A DNA stretch of 64,000 bases from a virus (Duplodnaviria > Heunggongvirae > Uroviricota > Caudoviricetes). The translations under genes were made by a program, and so were the position numbers. Positions 29,200 through 39,063 of this stretch are shown here, one piece after another. The notes beneath the pieces were generated by a model that saw only the letters and a program-made list of their open reading frames with translations, was not told the origin of the DNA and ran no database searches. The stretch lies in the IMG/VR virus record IMGVR_UViG_3300044630_003672. One strand, 5' to 3'. The number at the start of each line of letters is the position of its first letter. Positions within the stretch are counted from its first letter, which is position 1.

Positions 29200-29635
29200 T
29201 AACGCAGTAATTCCAACATACGCTAAAGATGGTGATGCTGGAATGGATTTAGTAGCAACTGAAATCCTTAAAGATACTCCTGAACAAATAACTTATGGAA
29301 CGGGACTGGCTATGGAAATACCTAACGGATTTGTAGGATTAGTATTTCCTCGTTCATCAATCAGAAAGACCGGTTTACAATTAAGTAATTCGGTTGGTGT
29401 GATTGATAGTGGATATAGAGGTGAGATACAGGCTACCTTTAACAAAATATTTGGTGGCGAGGGTTTTTATGATGAAACGGTAGAAACTAAAGTTCCGGTT
29501 AATGACTTTTATAAAGTAGGTGACCGTATATCACAAATTATGATTATTCCACACCCACCAATTGAGTTTAATGAAGTAGAGGAATTATCAAATACAGAAA
29601 GAGGTGAAGGTGGTTTCGGCTCAACTGGAAATTAA
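29171..29635 (+). CDS. dut: Trimeric dUTPase
   Basis: AGMDL, PRSS, GVIDSGYRGEI, RGEGGFGSTG. Confidence 0.96.
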   Translation: MQVKIKKLNSNAVIPTYAKDGDAGMDLVATEILKDTPEQITYGTGLAMEIPNGFVGLVFPRSSIRKTGLQLSNSVGVIDSGYRGEIQATFNKIFGGEGFYDETVETKVPVNDFYKVGDRISQIMIIPHPPIEFNEVEELSNTERGEGGFGSTGN

Positions 29636-29646
29636 AAAATAAAAAT

Positions 29647-30588
29647 ATGTTTGAATTTAAAGAAGAAGAACAAATAAATCATTCACTTTGGGTAGAAAAA
29701 TATCGCCCATCTAAATTGGATGATTATGTAGGTAATGAACACTTAAAAAGTAAAGTAGCAGGTTATATAGAAACCGAAGATGTACCACATCTTTTGTTCT
29801 TTGGAAAAGCCGGTACTGGTAAAACAACATTGGCAAAATTGATTATCAAATCAATTGATTGTGATTATATGATTATAAACGCATCAGATGAAAACAACGT
29901 TGAGACGGTAAGAACAAAGGTAAAGAACTTTGCATCATCTATGGGATTCAAAAAGTATAAAATTATTATACTTGATGAGTTTGATTATATGACTCCAAAC
30001 GCACAAGCGATTTTGAGGAACTTAATGGAAACATTCAGTAAACATTGCCGATTCATTTTGACTTGTAACTATGTTGAAAAAATCATTGAACCTATCCAAA
30101 GCCGTTGTCAAACTTTTCAAATAACTCCACCTACTAAAAAAGATGTAGCTATTCAGATGAGTAAGATTTTAAGAGCAGAAGATGTTCAGTTTGACCCAAA
30201 AGATTTAGTTCCTATTATTGATTCTTCTTACCCTGATATTCGTAAGATTATTAATACTTGTCAATTAAACTCTCTTAAAGGTAAATTGCAAGTAGATGTT
30301 CAAAATCTTTTAGAGAATGATTACAAAATGAAAGTTTTGGAAATTCTTAAATCAAAAGATGATAAGAGAAATAAATATATGAATGTTAGACAGGCTATTT
30401 TAGATTCAAAGGCAACTGATTTTTCTGACCTTTATACATTACTATATGATAAGGTTGATGAGTATGCGGGAGAAAATACAGCAAACGTTATTCTTGTATT
30501 AGGAGATGGCGTAGCTAAATCGGCAGTAGCAATTGATAAAGAAATTATTGCAGCGGCAACATTAATTCAAATTTTAAATTTAATATAA
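29647..30588 (+). CDS. Clamp loader ATPase subunit (gp44/RFC small)
   Basis: WVEKYRP, GKAGTGKTT, IILDE, SRC motif. Confidence 0.93.
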   Translation: MFEFKEEEQINHSLWVEKYRPSKLDDYVGNEHLKSKVAGYIETEDVPHLLFFGKAGTGKTTLAKLIIKSIDCDYMIINASDENNVETVRTKVKNFASSMGFKKYKIIILDEFDYMTPNAQAILRNLMETFSKHCRFILTCNYVEKIIEPIQSRCQTFQITPPTKKDVAIQMSKILRAEDVQFDPKDLVPIIDSSYPDIRKIINTCQLNSLKGKLQVDVQNLLENDYKMKVLEILKSKDDKRNKYMNVRQAILDSKATDFSDLYTLLYDKVDEYAGENTANVILVLGDGVAKSAVAIDKEIIAAATLIQILNLI

Positions 30589-30589
30589 T

Positions 30590-30901
30590 ATGGCAAACAT
30601 TATTGGACAAGGTGAAGTTCCACAAATGCCTCAACCTAAAGTAGATATTTCACAATCGTTACCTATGGTATGTGAAAATTGTGGATATGATAAATTTATA
30701 TCAACTATAAAAGTAAGAAGATTATCAAAATTATCATTTGGTGGAGCACAGGATATGGTTATTCCATTTGATTTGGTTATATGTGGAAGTTGTGGCGAAG
30801 AATTTGAACCACTTAAACCTCTTGAATTAAGAGCATTAGAACAAAAAGATAAATTAACCGCAGCGGAAACTCGCTCATTAGATTTAGATACAAATGCCTA
30901 A
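30590..30901 (+). CDS. Small zinc-ribbon protein
   Basis: CENC and CGSC pairs. Confidence 0.65.
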   Translation: MANIIGQGEVPQMPQPKVDISQSLPMVCENCGYDKFISTIKVRRLSKLSFGGAQDMVIPFDLVICGSCGEEFEPLKPLELRALEQKDKLTAAETRSLDLDTNA

Positions 30902-31343
30902 AGGATTATTTGACCATATCAACGCAATTACAAAAGACCAGGACCCAAAGTATTGGGATAAGCTAGATGATACTGATAAAAAGACTTGGAGTAACTGGTT
31001 AATTCTTCGCTATATGTCTATGAATCCTGATTGGATAGAGATGATAGCAGAAATACAACCCTATATTCAAGAAGCACCACCAAAAGCAGTTTATAAAGCA
31101 CTTATTGGTGTTATACCAAAGGGTAAAACTTATCTTCGTTATATGAAGGGCAAATCGGTAAAAGATTATGAACAATGGATTATTGATTTGGTAGCTAAAT
31201 GGTACGAAGTTTCTACAAAAGAAGCATCTGAATATCTTGATATATTATATGAAAGTACCACCGGTAGAGAAGAAATCAAAAGAATTGCTGAAGCATATGG
31301 TACAGAACCCAAGTTAATTACCAAGTTAAAACTCAAACTTTAA
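30894..31343 (+). CDS. Probable clamp loader small subunit (gp62-like)
   Basis: LFDHINAIT...WSNWLILRYMS pattern; position after the gp44-like gene. Confidence 0.5.
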   Translation: MPKGLFDHINAITKDQDPKYWDKLDDTDKKTWSNWLILRYMSMNPDWIEMIAEIQPYIQEAPPKAVYKALIGVIPKGKTYLRYMKGKSVKDYEQWIIDLVAKWYEVSTKEASEYLDILYESTTGREEIKRIAEAYGTEPKLITKLKLKL

Positions 31344-31375
31344 TTTGGTAATATCACCATTTTTTCGTATCTTTA
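31344..31375 (+). promoter_or_regulatory. Bacteroidota-type sigma70 promoter
   Basis: TTTG(31344)-N20-TATCTTTA(31368). Confidence 0.6.
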
Positions 31376-31389
31376 TATAAATAAAACAA

Positions 31390-32256
31390 ATGGCAAAAGT
31401 ATCATTTTCGCAGTACTCAATGTGGAGTAGCTGCCCTCAACAATATAAGTTAAATTACATAGATAAGTTAGGTGAAAGTTCTGGCAACATTCACACAATC
31501 TTCGGTACTGGAATGCACGAAACAATTCAACATTACCTTTCGGTTATGTATGGTGTTTCAAAAAAGCAGGCAGATGAAATTGATTTAGATAAACTTCTTT
31601 TAGAAAAAATAAAAGATGCTTTTACTAAAGAAAAAGAATCTCTTACCGAAGGTACACCTTGTACTCAAATAGAATTAGAAGAATTCTATGGAGATGGTAG
31701 AAGAATATTAACTTGGTTTAAAAAATATTGTAGTAAATTTTATTCTAAAAGTGGATATGAATTAGTTGGTATTGAAATTCCTTTAAATGCAACTATTAAA
31801 AACGGTGTACACTTTATTGGATTCATTGATATTGTATTGAGAGATTTAGCGGAAAACTCAATTATAATTGTTGACCTTAAAACTTCAACAATGGGATGGA
31901 ATCAATATCAAAAGGCTGATAAATTGAAAAACTCTCAAATTCTTTTGTATAAAAAATATTATTCAGAATTGTTTAATATTCCAATGACTAAAATCAAAGT
32001 GGAATATCAAATTATGAGAAGAAAACTTCCTGAAGATTCTGCATTTCCAATTCCTTACATATCAAAACATATTCCGCCAAATGGAACACCATCGGTAAAC
32101 AAAGTGTATGATGAATTTATGGAATTTATTAATACCGTTTTTGATGATGATGGAAATTTCAAAGATATCCCATTCCCAAAAGTACCTGGCAATAACAAAA
32201 AGAATTGTAAATGGTGCGAATTTATGAATAGAGGGATATGTGATGGTAAACCTTAA
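31390..32256 (+). CDS. PD-(D/E)XK (RecB/Cas4-like) exonuclease
   Basis: SFSQYSMWSSCP, GFIDIV, IVDLKT, C-terminal CKWCEF...C. Confidence 0.88.
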   Translation: MAKVSFSQYSMWSSCPQQYKLNYIDKLGESSGNIHTIFGTGMHETIQHYLSVMYGVSKKQADEIDLDKLLLEKIKDAFTKEKESLTEGTPCTQIELEEFYGDGRRILTWFKKYCSKFYSKSGYELVGIEIPLNATIKNGVHFIGFIDIVLRDLAENSIIIVDLKTSTMGWNQYQKADKLKNSQILLYKKYYSELFNIPMTKIKVEYQIMRRKLPEDSAFPIPYISKHIPPNGTPSVNKVYDEFMEFINTVFDDDGNFKDIPFPKVPGNNKKNCKWCEFMNRGICDGKP

Positions 32257-32278
32257 TTTTCGTTTTTTTATTTTCTAT

Positions 32279-32287
32279 ATACTTATA
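32279..32287 (+). promoter_or_regulatory. Candidate late-promoter motif ATACTTATA
   Basis: Intergenic, about 28 nt before ATG 32315. Confidence 0.45.
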
Positions 32288-32314
32288 TATACAAATATAT
32301 AAAACGATATTACA

Positions 32315-32515
32315 ATGAATCAAGAAAACACAAAGCTAACAACTGTGAAAATCTTGAAAGATGTATATTCATCATTTAAAAAAGTATCTTTTGATTCCGA
32401 TGTTACCCTTCAAAAATTGGTAAACCGAACTGTTGAAAGATATGTTTCTGACGAAGAATTTAGAAAAGAAATGAACGAATACTTAAAACTACAAATTTCA
32501 GGTTCACAATTTTAA
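32315..32515 (+). CDS. Small protein, possible ribbon-helix-helix DNA-binding
   Basis: KLTTVKI strand followed by two helices; 66 aa. Confidence 0.45.
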   Translation: MNQENTKLTTVKILKDVYSSFKKVSFDSDVTLQKLVNRTVERYVSDEEFRKEMNEYLKLQISGSQF

Positions 32516-32529
32516 TGAAAAAATAAGTT

Positions 32530-33915
32530 ATGGCAAAAAAGAAAAAAATCCTATTACTTTCGGATGATTTAAGAATGGCAAGTGGTATAGCCACAATGTC
32601 AAAAGAATTCGTATTGGGTACGATACACAAATACGATTGGTATCAAGTTGGAGCGGCAATTAACCATCCTGAACAAGGTAAGGTTTTGGATGTTAGCGAA
32701 GATATACAAAAAAATTATGGAGTAGCAGATGCTAGTTTAAAAATACTTCCTTGGAATGGGTATGGAAATGCTGATTTGTTAAGGCAGATTATTAATTCAG
32801 AAAACCCAGATGCAATCTTACACTTTACTGACCCTCGTTATTGGACATGGTTGTATGATATCGAACACGAAATCAGACAAAATATTCCAATTCTTTTCTA
32901 CGCAATTTGGGATGATTTACCAGACCCAATGTATAATAGAGATTATTATGAAAGTTGTGATTGGATTGGATGTATATCAAGACAAACATATGGTATTATA
33001 AAAAGAATTACTTCTAGAACCGATAAAGTAACATGGAGACCTCTAAAAGATTGGCAAGTAAAGTATGTACCACACGGTATTAATACTGATATCTACAAAC
33101 CAACCGAAGTACCTGCGGAATATCGTAATGAAATTTTAGGTGGTAAAGAATATGATTTTGTATTGTATTGGAGTAATAGAAATATTCGCAGAAAACAACC
33201 GGCCGATGTAATAATGGCATATAAAAGATTTTGTGAGATTATTGGTAAAGATAAAGCGGATAAATGTCTTTTATTAATGCATACACAGCCTGTTGATGAA
33301 AATGGAACTGACTTGTATGCTGTAATTGAAGAACTTACACCTGGTATTAATATCCGTTTTTCTGAAAAAAGAAGAGTTCAACAAGAATTGAATTGGAACT
33401 ATAATATAGCAGATGTAACAATCAATATTGCTAACAACGAAGGATTTGGATTAGCAACCGCAGAATCGATAATGGCTGGAACTCCAATCATTGTAAACGT
33501 AACCGGTGGATTGCAAGACCAATGTGGATTTAAAGTTGAAGGTAATGTATTGGTTGCAGATGATTATATTAAGATTGGTTCTTTACATGAATGGAGAAAA
33601 TGGGAAGGTAAAGCAGAACCTGGTCCTTGGGCGTATCCGGTATGGAGTAGAGCACAAGCATTAGCAGGTTCAGTACCAACACCGTATATTTGGGATGATA
33701 GAGTTGATATAGAAGATGTTGCACAAGCAATTGCTAAATCATACAATACACCAAAAGAAGAAAGAAAAGCAAACGCATTAATTGGTAGAGAGTTTTTTAT
33801 CAATGAAGCGGGATTAACACATATCAATATGGCCCAACAATTAATAGATGGGATTGAAGATGTGTTTGAGAATTGGAAACCAAGAAAAAGATTTGAAGTG
33901 TTCAAAATTAAATAA
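32530..33915 (+). CDS. Glycosyltransferase, GT-B fold (GT4-like)
   Basis: YVPHGINTDIY; NEGFGLATAESIMAGTPII (EX7E). Confidence 0.9.
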   Translation: MAKKKKILLLSDDLRMASGIATMSKEFVLGTIHKYDWYQVGAAINHPEQGKVLDVSEDIQKNYGVADASLKILPWNGYGNADLLRQIINSENPDAILHFTDPRYWTWLYDIEHEIRQNIPILFYAIWDDLPDPMYNRDYYESCDWIGCISRQTYGIIKRITSRTDKVTWRPLKDWQVKYVPHGINTDIYKPTEVPAEYRNEILGGKEYDFVLYWSNRNIRRKQPADVIMAYKRFCEIIGKDKADKCLLLMHTQPVDENGTDLYAVIEELTPGINIRFSEKRRVQQELNWNYNIADVTINIANNEGFGLATAESIMAGTPIIVNVTGGLQDQCGFKVEGNVLVADDYIKIGSLHEWRKWEGKAEPGPWAYPVWSRAQALAGSVPTPYIWDDRVDIEDVAQAIAKSYNTPKEERKANALIGREFFINEAGLTHINMAQQLIDGIEDVFENWKPRKRFEVFKIK

Positions 33916-33918
33916 GTT

Positions 33919-35223
33919 ATGAGTAAACCAACATTAGTATTTCAGGGACCTATTTTTACGAGAAGTGGATATGGGGACCATTGTAGAGATTTGATGAAAT
34001 CACTACGCAAAATGGATAAATATGATATTAAGATTATCCCACTTCGTTGGGGTAACACTCCACAAAATCAAGTAACTGACCAAGATGAATTTGGTAGATG
34101 GATGCTTGAAAGAGTTGTAGGAGTAGTAGAACAAAAGCCGGATGTGTTTATGCAAGTTTCGGTAGCAAATGAATTTGAACCAAAAGGGCACTATAATATT
34201 GGTATAACTGCCGGTGTTGAAACTACAATCGCTCCAAAAGATTTCATTGATGGTTCTAACAAAATGGATTTGATATTAGTACCATCTCATTTCACAAGAC
34301 AAAATTTAGGTGGAACTGTTTATCAACAAAAAAATCAACAAACTGATGAAATAGTTGGTGAAATTAGAGTTGTAAAGCCAATTGAAGTGCTTTTTGAAGG
34401 AGTTGATACCGATATATTTGAATCATCCGTACCATCTAAAACAAATACTGATATTTTAGAAAATATAAAAGAAGATTTTTGTTTTTTAGTTGTTGGACAT
34501 TGGTTGAAAGGAGACTTGGGACAAGATAGAAAAGATATTGGTATGGCAATTAAAACATTTGCAACCGTATTCCAATATACCAAAGAAAACAAACCAGCTC
34601 TTATCATAAAGACATCGCATGCCGGATTTAGTGTAATGGATAGAGAAGCTACTAGAAAGAAAATTGAAGAAGTTATAAAGAGTTTTGGTGATAAGTGTCC
34701 ACCTATTTATTTACTTCATGGTGATATGGAAGAAAGCGATATGAGTAATCTATACCATCATCCGAAGGTTAAAGCAATGGTATCATTTGCGAAGGGTGAA
34801 GGGTATGGTAGACCTATGGCTGAATTTAGTTTGACGGGTAAACCAATTATAGCTAGTGGTTGGAGTGGACATACCGATTTCTTACCAAAAGAACATGCGG
34901 TTTTATTAGAGGGTTCGTTGACAAATGTACACGATTCAGCAGCAGACCAGTTTTGTATGAAAGAAGCACAATGGTTTACGGTACACTATTCAAATGCGGC
35001 AAATAAATTATATGATGTATATAAGAACTATAACACATATAAGTCACAATCCGTTAGATTAAGAGAAAATACTCTTAAAAGTTTTACTTTAGAAAAAATG
35101 ACGGAAAGATTTGAAGAAATACTTAATACTTATGTAAAAAGAGCACCTCAAGTAGTTCCATTTAACGCACCTACAGTAAATAGTCAAAAAATTCAATTAC
35201 CAAAACTTAATAAAATAGGTTAA
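33919..35223 (+). CDS. Glycosyltransferase, GT-B fold (GT4-like)
   Basis: SGYGDHCR; GEGYGRPMAEFSLTGKPII (EX7E). Confidence 0.88.
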   Translation: MSKPTLVFQGPIFTRSGYGDHCRDLMKSLRKMDKYDIKIIPLRWGNTPQNQVTDQDEFGRWMLERVVGVVEQKPDVFMQVSVANEFEPKGHYNIGITAGVETTIAPKDFIDGSNKMDLILVPSHFTRQNLGGTVYQQKNQQTDEIVGEIRVVKPIEVLFEGVDTDIFESSVPSKTNTDILENIKEDFCFLVVGHWLKGDLGQDRKDIGMAIKTFATVFQYTKENKPALIIKTSHAGFSVMDREATRKKIEEVIKSFGDKCPPIYLLHGDMEESDMSNLYHHPKVKAMVSFAKGEGYGRPMAEFSLTGKPIIASGWSGHTDFLPKEHAVLLEGSLTNVHDSAADQFCMKEAQWFTVHYSNAANKLYDVYKNYNTYKSQSVRLRENTLKSFTLEKMTERFEEILNTYVKRAPQVVPFNAPTVNSQKIQLPKLNKIG

Positions 35224-35741
35224 TGCCATACGGAAACTTATATAATAGGCTGATACAAAGAGAATCCATAGTTCCTAAAACAAAACTAACTCCAAGACGA
35301 ATTTATAAAATAGTTTCGTATGAGTATGTTGGTGGAAAACTTACTTCGTTTAATGGGCCTCAAAGTGCTATTATTTTTTTAATTAGTATTACACCTGATA
35401 AAGTACTACATTGTATAAAGATAAGTGAAGCGCGACCTGAAAAATTCTTTCATTGGCTAAAGTTGAATTTAAAAAGGGGATTGAAATACGATGAAATTAA
35501 AGAAATTGCAGAAAAAAATACTTTAGATGAGTTGTTGTCACCCGATAATAAGATTGGTTCAAAAACATTTCAAGAATTAAAAAGACATGGAATATATGAA
35601 CATCAGCCTGGTACATATAGAACCTATTTACTTAATAATGTGAAATCCATAAAGGAAGTTAAGTTTATTACTGATGACTTTTTAAAGTTTCTTAAGATAC
35701 CAAAACCAAAGCAATCTCCCCCTAAACCGGAAAATCCTTAA
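35223..35741 (+). CDS. Hypothetical protein
   Basis: 172-aa ORF, TAATG-coupled. Confidence 0.65.
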   Translation: MPYGNLYNRLIQRESIVPKTKLTPRRIYKIVSYEYVGGKLTSFNGPQSAIIFLISITPDKVLHCIKISEARPEKFFHWLKLNLKRGLKYDEIKEIAEKNTLDELLSPDNKIGSKTFQELKRHGIYEHQPGTYRTYLLNNVKSIKEVKFITDDFLKFLKIPKPKQSPPKPENP

Positions 35742-35805
35742 AAGTGTTTATTTCTTCCATTTATTTATATTTATTTGTGTAATTACACACAAGTAGAATA
35801 AAACC

Positions 35806-38800
35806 ATGGCAATAATAAAAAGAATACCAAAGGGTAGTCCCTTAACGGCGGCAGAAATGGATGCCAACTTGACGATTTTAGAAAACGTATCAAGTTCCGT
35901 AAATACATTATATACAACAACTGATAATTTAAATTCAACATTAACATCAGTATCTTCATCCGTATCGAATCTATCAACTTTAAGTGGACAATTAAGCGGA
36001 CAATTTACTGGTAGTGTTTTAATTTCTGGTAGTTTAAGATTTGATAATATTTCAACCGATGCTGTTGCAAGTGAAGTATTAGTTTACAATAGTTCTACAA
36101 AAACAATAGGAAAAACAACTTCAATAGCTAGTGGACCTGCTGGTACTGCTGGTAGTGGTGGTTCTTCTGGTACTTCCGGTAAAGATGGCACATCAGGAAG
36201 TTCAGGTACATCCGGTTCTTCTGGTACATCTGGTAAAGATGGCACATCAGGAAGTAGTGGTAGTTCTGGAACTTCTGGAAGTTCAGGTTCATCTGGAACT
36301 TCTGGAGAGAGTGGTACTTCCGGTTCATCTGGAACATCTGGTAGTAGCGGTTCATCTGGTACATCTGGTAAAGATGGTACATCTGGTTCATCGGGTTCAT
36401 CTGGAACTTCTGGACAAAATGGTGATAGATTCTCATCAACATCGAGTACTTCAAACAATATAAGCACTGGTTCTAAAAATTTCACAATAGGAACTGGATT
36501 ACAATGGACTCCTGGACAGGCTATTATTATTTCTGAAAATGCATCAAATGTATTAGAAGGAACTGTAACATCTTATAACAGCGGTACAGGTGATTTAGTG
36601 GTTAATATAACAACTACATCAGGTAGTGGTACTGGTATAACTTCATGGTATATAAATACGGCAGGTGCACCTGGTCAAAGTGGTTCATCTGGAACTTCTG
36701 GAAGCTCTGGTTCATCTGGAACTTCTGGTTCATCTGGTACATCTGGAAGTAGTGGTAGTTCTGGAACATCTGGTTCAAGTGGGTCTTCTGGTACATCCGG
36801 TAAAGATGGTACAACCGGTTTAGATGGTACAAGTGGTTCATCAGGAACTTCTGGAAGCTCTGGTTCATCTGGAACTTCTGGCTCATCTGGTTCATCTGGA
36901 ATAAGTGGAACTGCGGGAACATCTGGTTTAACAACAACTGTATTCCCTTATACTGGTTCTGCACATATTAGTGGTTCTCTGCATATTACCGGTTCTATAC
37001 GAATTGGTAAAACACAATATGGTGGTATGTTGTATGGTCCTACCGTTCAAATTTTAGATTTAGGTTCTGATTCTAGAGGAGCACAGGAAGAAAATTCTTC
37101 AATATTGTGGACTGATAAAAGTACTAATGCCAAAGGAGAACTTTATACAAAAGCTGGTAATCTCTATCATGAACTACATTTTAGAACCTTTGAAGCAGTT
37201 GCATTTGACGATGCTGATGTTACATTTGGTAAAAATTTGAATATTAGTGGTTCAATTACTTCATCTTTAAGAGAAGGATATGCTTGGGTAGGTGGTCCTA
37301 ATAATAGAACAATTTTAGTAGCAACATCTTCATTTGGTAGTGCTGGTAGTGGTACTGGAATATTTGCGGCAACCGGTTCGGTATTCGCAACAACAAATAA
37401 TATACAAATTACAGGTTCTCTACAAGTAAGTGGACCTTTATCTGCTTCACTTCCACAAGGATATGCTTGGGTTGGTGGAGTTAATGATATATCTAGAATA
37501 ATAGCTACATCTTCATTTGGAGCGATAACAGTATCTCAACAAGGTGGTAGTTCTTTTGGTTCAGTTCGTACAATACGATTCAATGGAGCCGTTGTTGCAG
37601 ATGATGGTGGCGGACAAGTAACTATAACAACCGGTGGTGGTGGTGGTGGACTTACAATTAATAGTGGTTCATTCTCCGCAGCTGCAACAACCACATTAAC
37701 ATTGGATAATACAATTCGTGCTACGAATAGTGGTGGCGGTACCGTTGCACTTACTGTAGCCGGTGGTGTAGGCGGTGGGGGTTCAAATGGTACTTCTGGT
37801 ACATCTGGTAAAGATGGTGGTGGTGGAACTTCTGGTTCATCTGGAACCGCAGGAGTAAGTGGAAGTGGCGGTACATCTGGTACATCTGGTAAAGATGGCT
37901 CATCTGGAACATCTGGACTTAATGGTATTGGGGCACCTGGTACCGATGGTACATCTGGCTCATCTGGAATAACTGGTATAGGTGGAACAGCCGGTACATC
38001 CGGTTCAAGTGGTAGTTCTGGTACATCTATTGCATTAACAATAAATGATGATGTTGGACCTACATCTATTAGTGGTGTAAATCAAATAACATTTACCGGT
38101 GGGGCGGTTGTAACTAATACACCTGGTAGTGGACATATAACAATCACCGCAGGAACCGGTGGTGGTGCGGGTAGTGCAGGTTCATCTGGTAAAGATGGTA
38201 CATCCGGTACTTCCGGTAAAGATGGAACATTTGTTGGTTCATCTGGTACATCTGGTTCATCTGGATTTGGTAAAGATGGAACATCTGGTGTAAATGGTTC
38301 AGATGGTACTTCCGGTACATCTGGTATATCTGGATTTTTTGGGTCATCTGGTACATCTGGTAAAGATGGAACATTTATTGGTTCATCTGGTTCATCGGGA
38401 TTAAATGGAGAAAACGGTACTATGGGTACTAGTGGTAGCTCTGGAACTTCTGGTACAAGTGGTTTAACCGCAGCAGGAGCAACTGCTGGTAGTGGTGGTA
38501 CATCTGGAACAAATGGTGCACCTGGAGCAAATGGTTCTGATGGTACGTCTGGTTCATCTGGTAAAAATGGTTTAGACGGTACTGCATTTGGTTCATCTGG
38601 TACATCTGGTGTGACTGGTACAAGTGGTGTTGATGGCACATCTGGTACGAATGGTACATCTGGAACTTCTGGAGTTGCATCCCTATTAGCTGTAACTGGA
38701 AGTGTAAATAATGGGTTAGTTAGATACGAAAATTCACCTGAAAGATTATTTGTAAGTAATACTCTCACATTCGATGGAGCAGAAATGAAACTAACAGGTT

Positions 38801-39057
38801 CTATGTTTGTTAGTGGTGCGATAAGTGCATCTGGATTTAACATATATGCAACCGGTACACCTGAAATAACATCGGCAACTAACTTAAACTTAACAGCTGG
38901 TACTGCGGTAATTGTAACGCAATCACCAATGAGAATGGCAACATTTACTGATGTACAAACTGGAAGTTTAACTCCTGCGAATGGAGATATGATATACAAT
39001 TCAACTACTCATAAATTTATGGGATACGCGAATGGGGCTTGGGTACAATTGCATTAA
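35806..39057 (+). CDS. Collagen-like (Gly-Ser/Thr-Ser) fibre protein, probable virion appendage
   Basis: N-terminal KGSPLTAAEMDANL fibre-anchor motif; four long G-X-Y tracts (GSS/GTS/GKD) separated by small beta-rich modules. Confidence 0.75.
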   Translation: MAIIKRIPKGSPLTAAEMDANLTILENVSSSVNTLYTTTDNLNSTLTSVSSSVSNLSTLSGQLSGQFTGSVLISGSLRFDNISTDAVASEVLVYNSSTKTIGKTTSIASGPAGTAGSGGSSGTSGKDGTSGSSGTSGSSGTSGKDGTSGSSGSSGTSGSSGSSGTSGESGTSGSSGTSGSSGSSGTSGKDGTSGSSGSSGTSGQNGDRFSSTSSTSNNISTGSKNFTIGTGLQWTPGQAIIISENASNVLEGTVTSYNSGTGDLVVNITTTSGSGTGITSWYINTAGAPGQSGSSGTSGSSGSSGTSGSSGTSGSSGSSGTSGSSGSSGTSGKDGTTGLDGTSGSSGTSGSSGSSGTSGSSGSSGISGTAGTSGLTTTVFPYTGSAHISGSLHITGSIRIGKTQYGGMLYGPTVQILDLGSDSRGAQEENSSILWTDKSTNAKGELYTKAGNLYHELHFRTFEAVAFDDADVTFGKNLNISGSITSSLREGYAWVGGPNNRTILVATSSFGSAGSGTGIFAATGSVFATTNNIQITGSLQVSGPLSASLPQGYAWVGGVNDISRIIATSSFGAITVSQQGGSSFGSVRTIRFNGAVVADDGGGQVTITTGGGGGGLTINSGSFSAAATTTLTLDNTIRATNSGGGTVALTVAGGVGGGGSNGTSGTSGKDGGGGTSGSSGTAGVSGSGGTSGTSGKDGSSGTSGLNGIGAPGTDGTSGSSGITGIGGTAGTSGSSGSSGTSIALTINDDVGPTSISGVNQITFTGGAVVTNTPGSGHITITAGTGGGAGSAGSSGKDGTSGTSGKDGTFVGSSGTSGSSGFGKDGTSGVNGSDGTSGTSGISGFFGSSGTSGKDGTFIGSSGSSGLNGENGTMGTSGSSGTSGTSGLTAAGATAGSGGTSGTNGAPGANGSDGTSGSSGKNGLDGTAFGSSGTSGVTGTSGVDGTSGTNGTSGTSGVASLLAVTGSVNNGLVRYENSPERLFVSNTLTFDGAEMKLTGSMFVSGAISASGFNIYATGTPEITSATNLNLTAGTAVIVTQSPMRMATFTDVQTGSLTPANGDMIYNSTTHKFMGYANGAWVQLH
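36136..38670 (+). repeat. GSSGTS-type low-complexity coding repeats (9/18-bp units)
   Basis: Many degenerate GGT TCA TCT GGT/GGA ACA/ACT TCT units in four tracts (about 36136-36420, 36660-36930, 37780-38030, 38160-38670). Confidence 0.9.
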
Positions 39058-39063
39058 TAAAAT

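Noticed and set aside
31390-32256. Cas4 / CRISPR-associated gene
   Set aside because: Stand-alone PD-(D/E)XK exonucleases are routine in phage replication blocks, and no array or cas1 is nearby.
36084-38999. Long minus-strand and alternative-frame ORFs (PEVPDEP, QMNQM repeats) over the fibre gene
   Set aside because: They are shadows of the G-S-S/G-T-S codon repeats, which lack stops in other frames; they have no independent start context.
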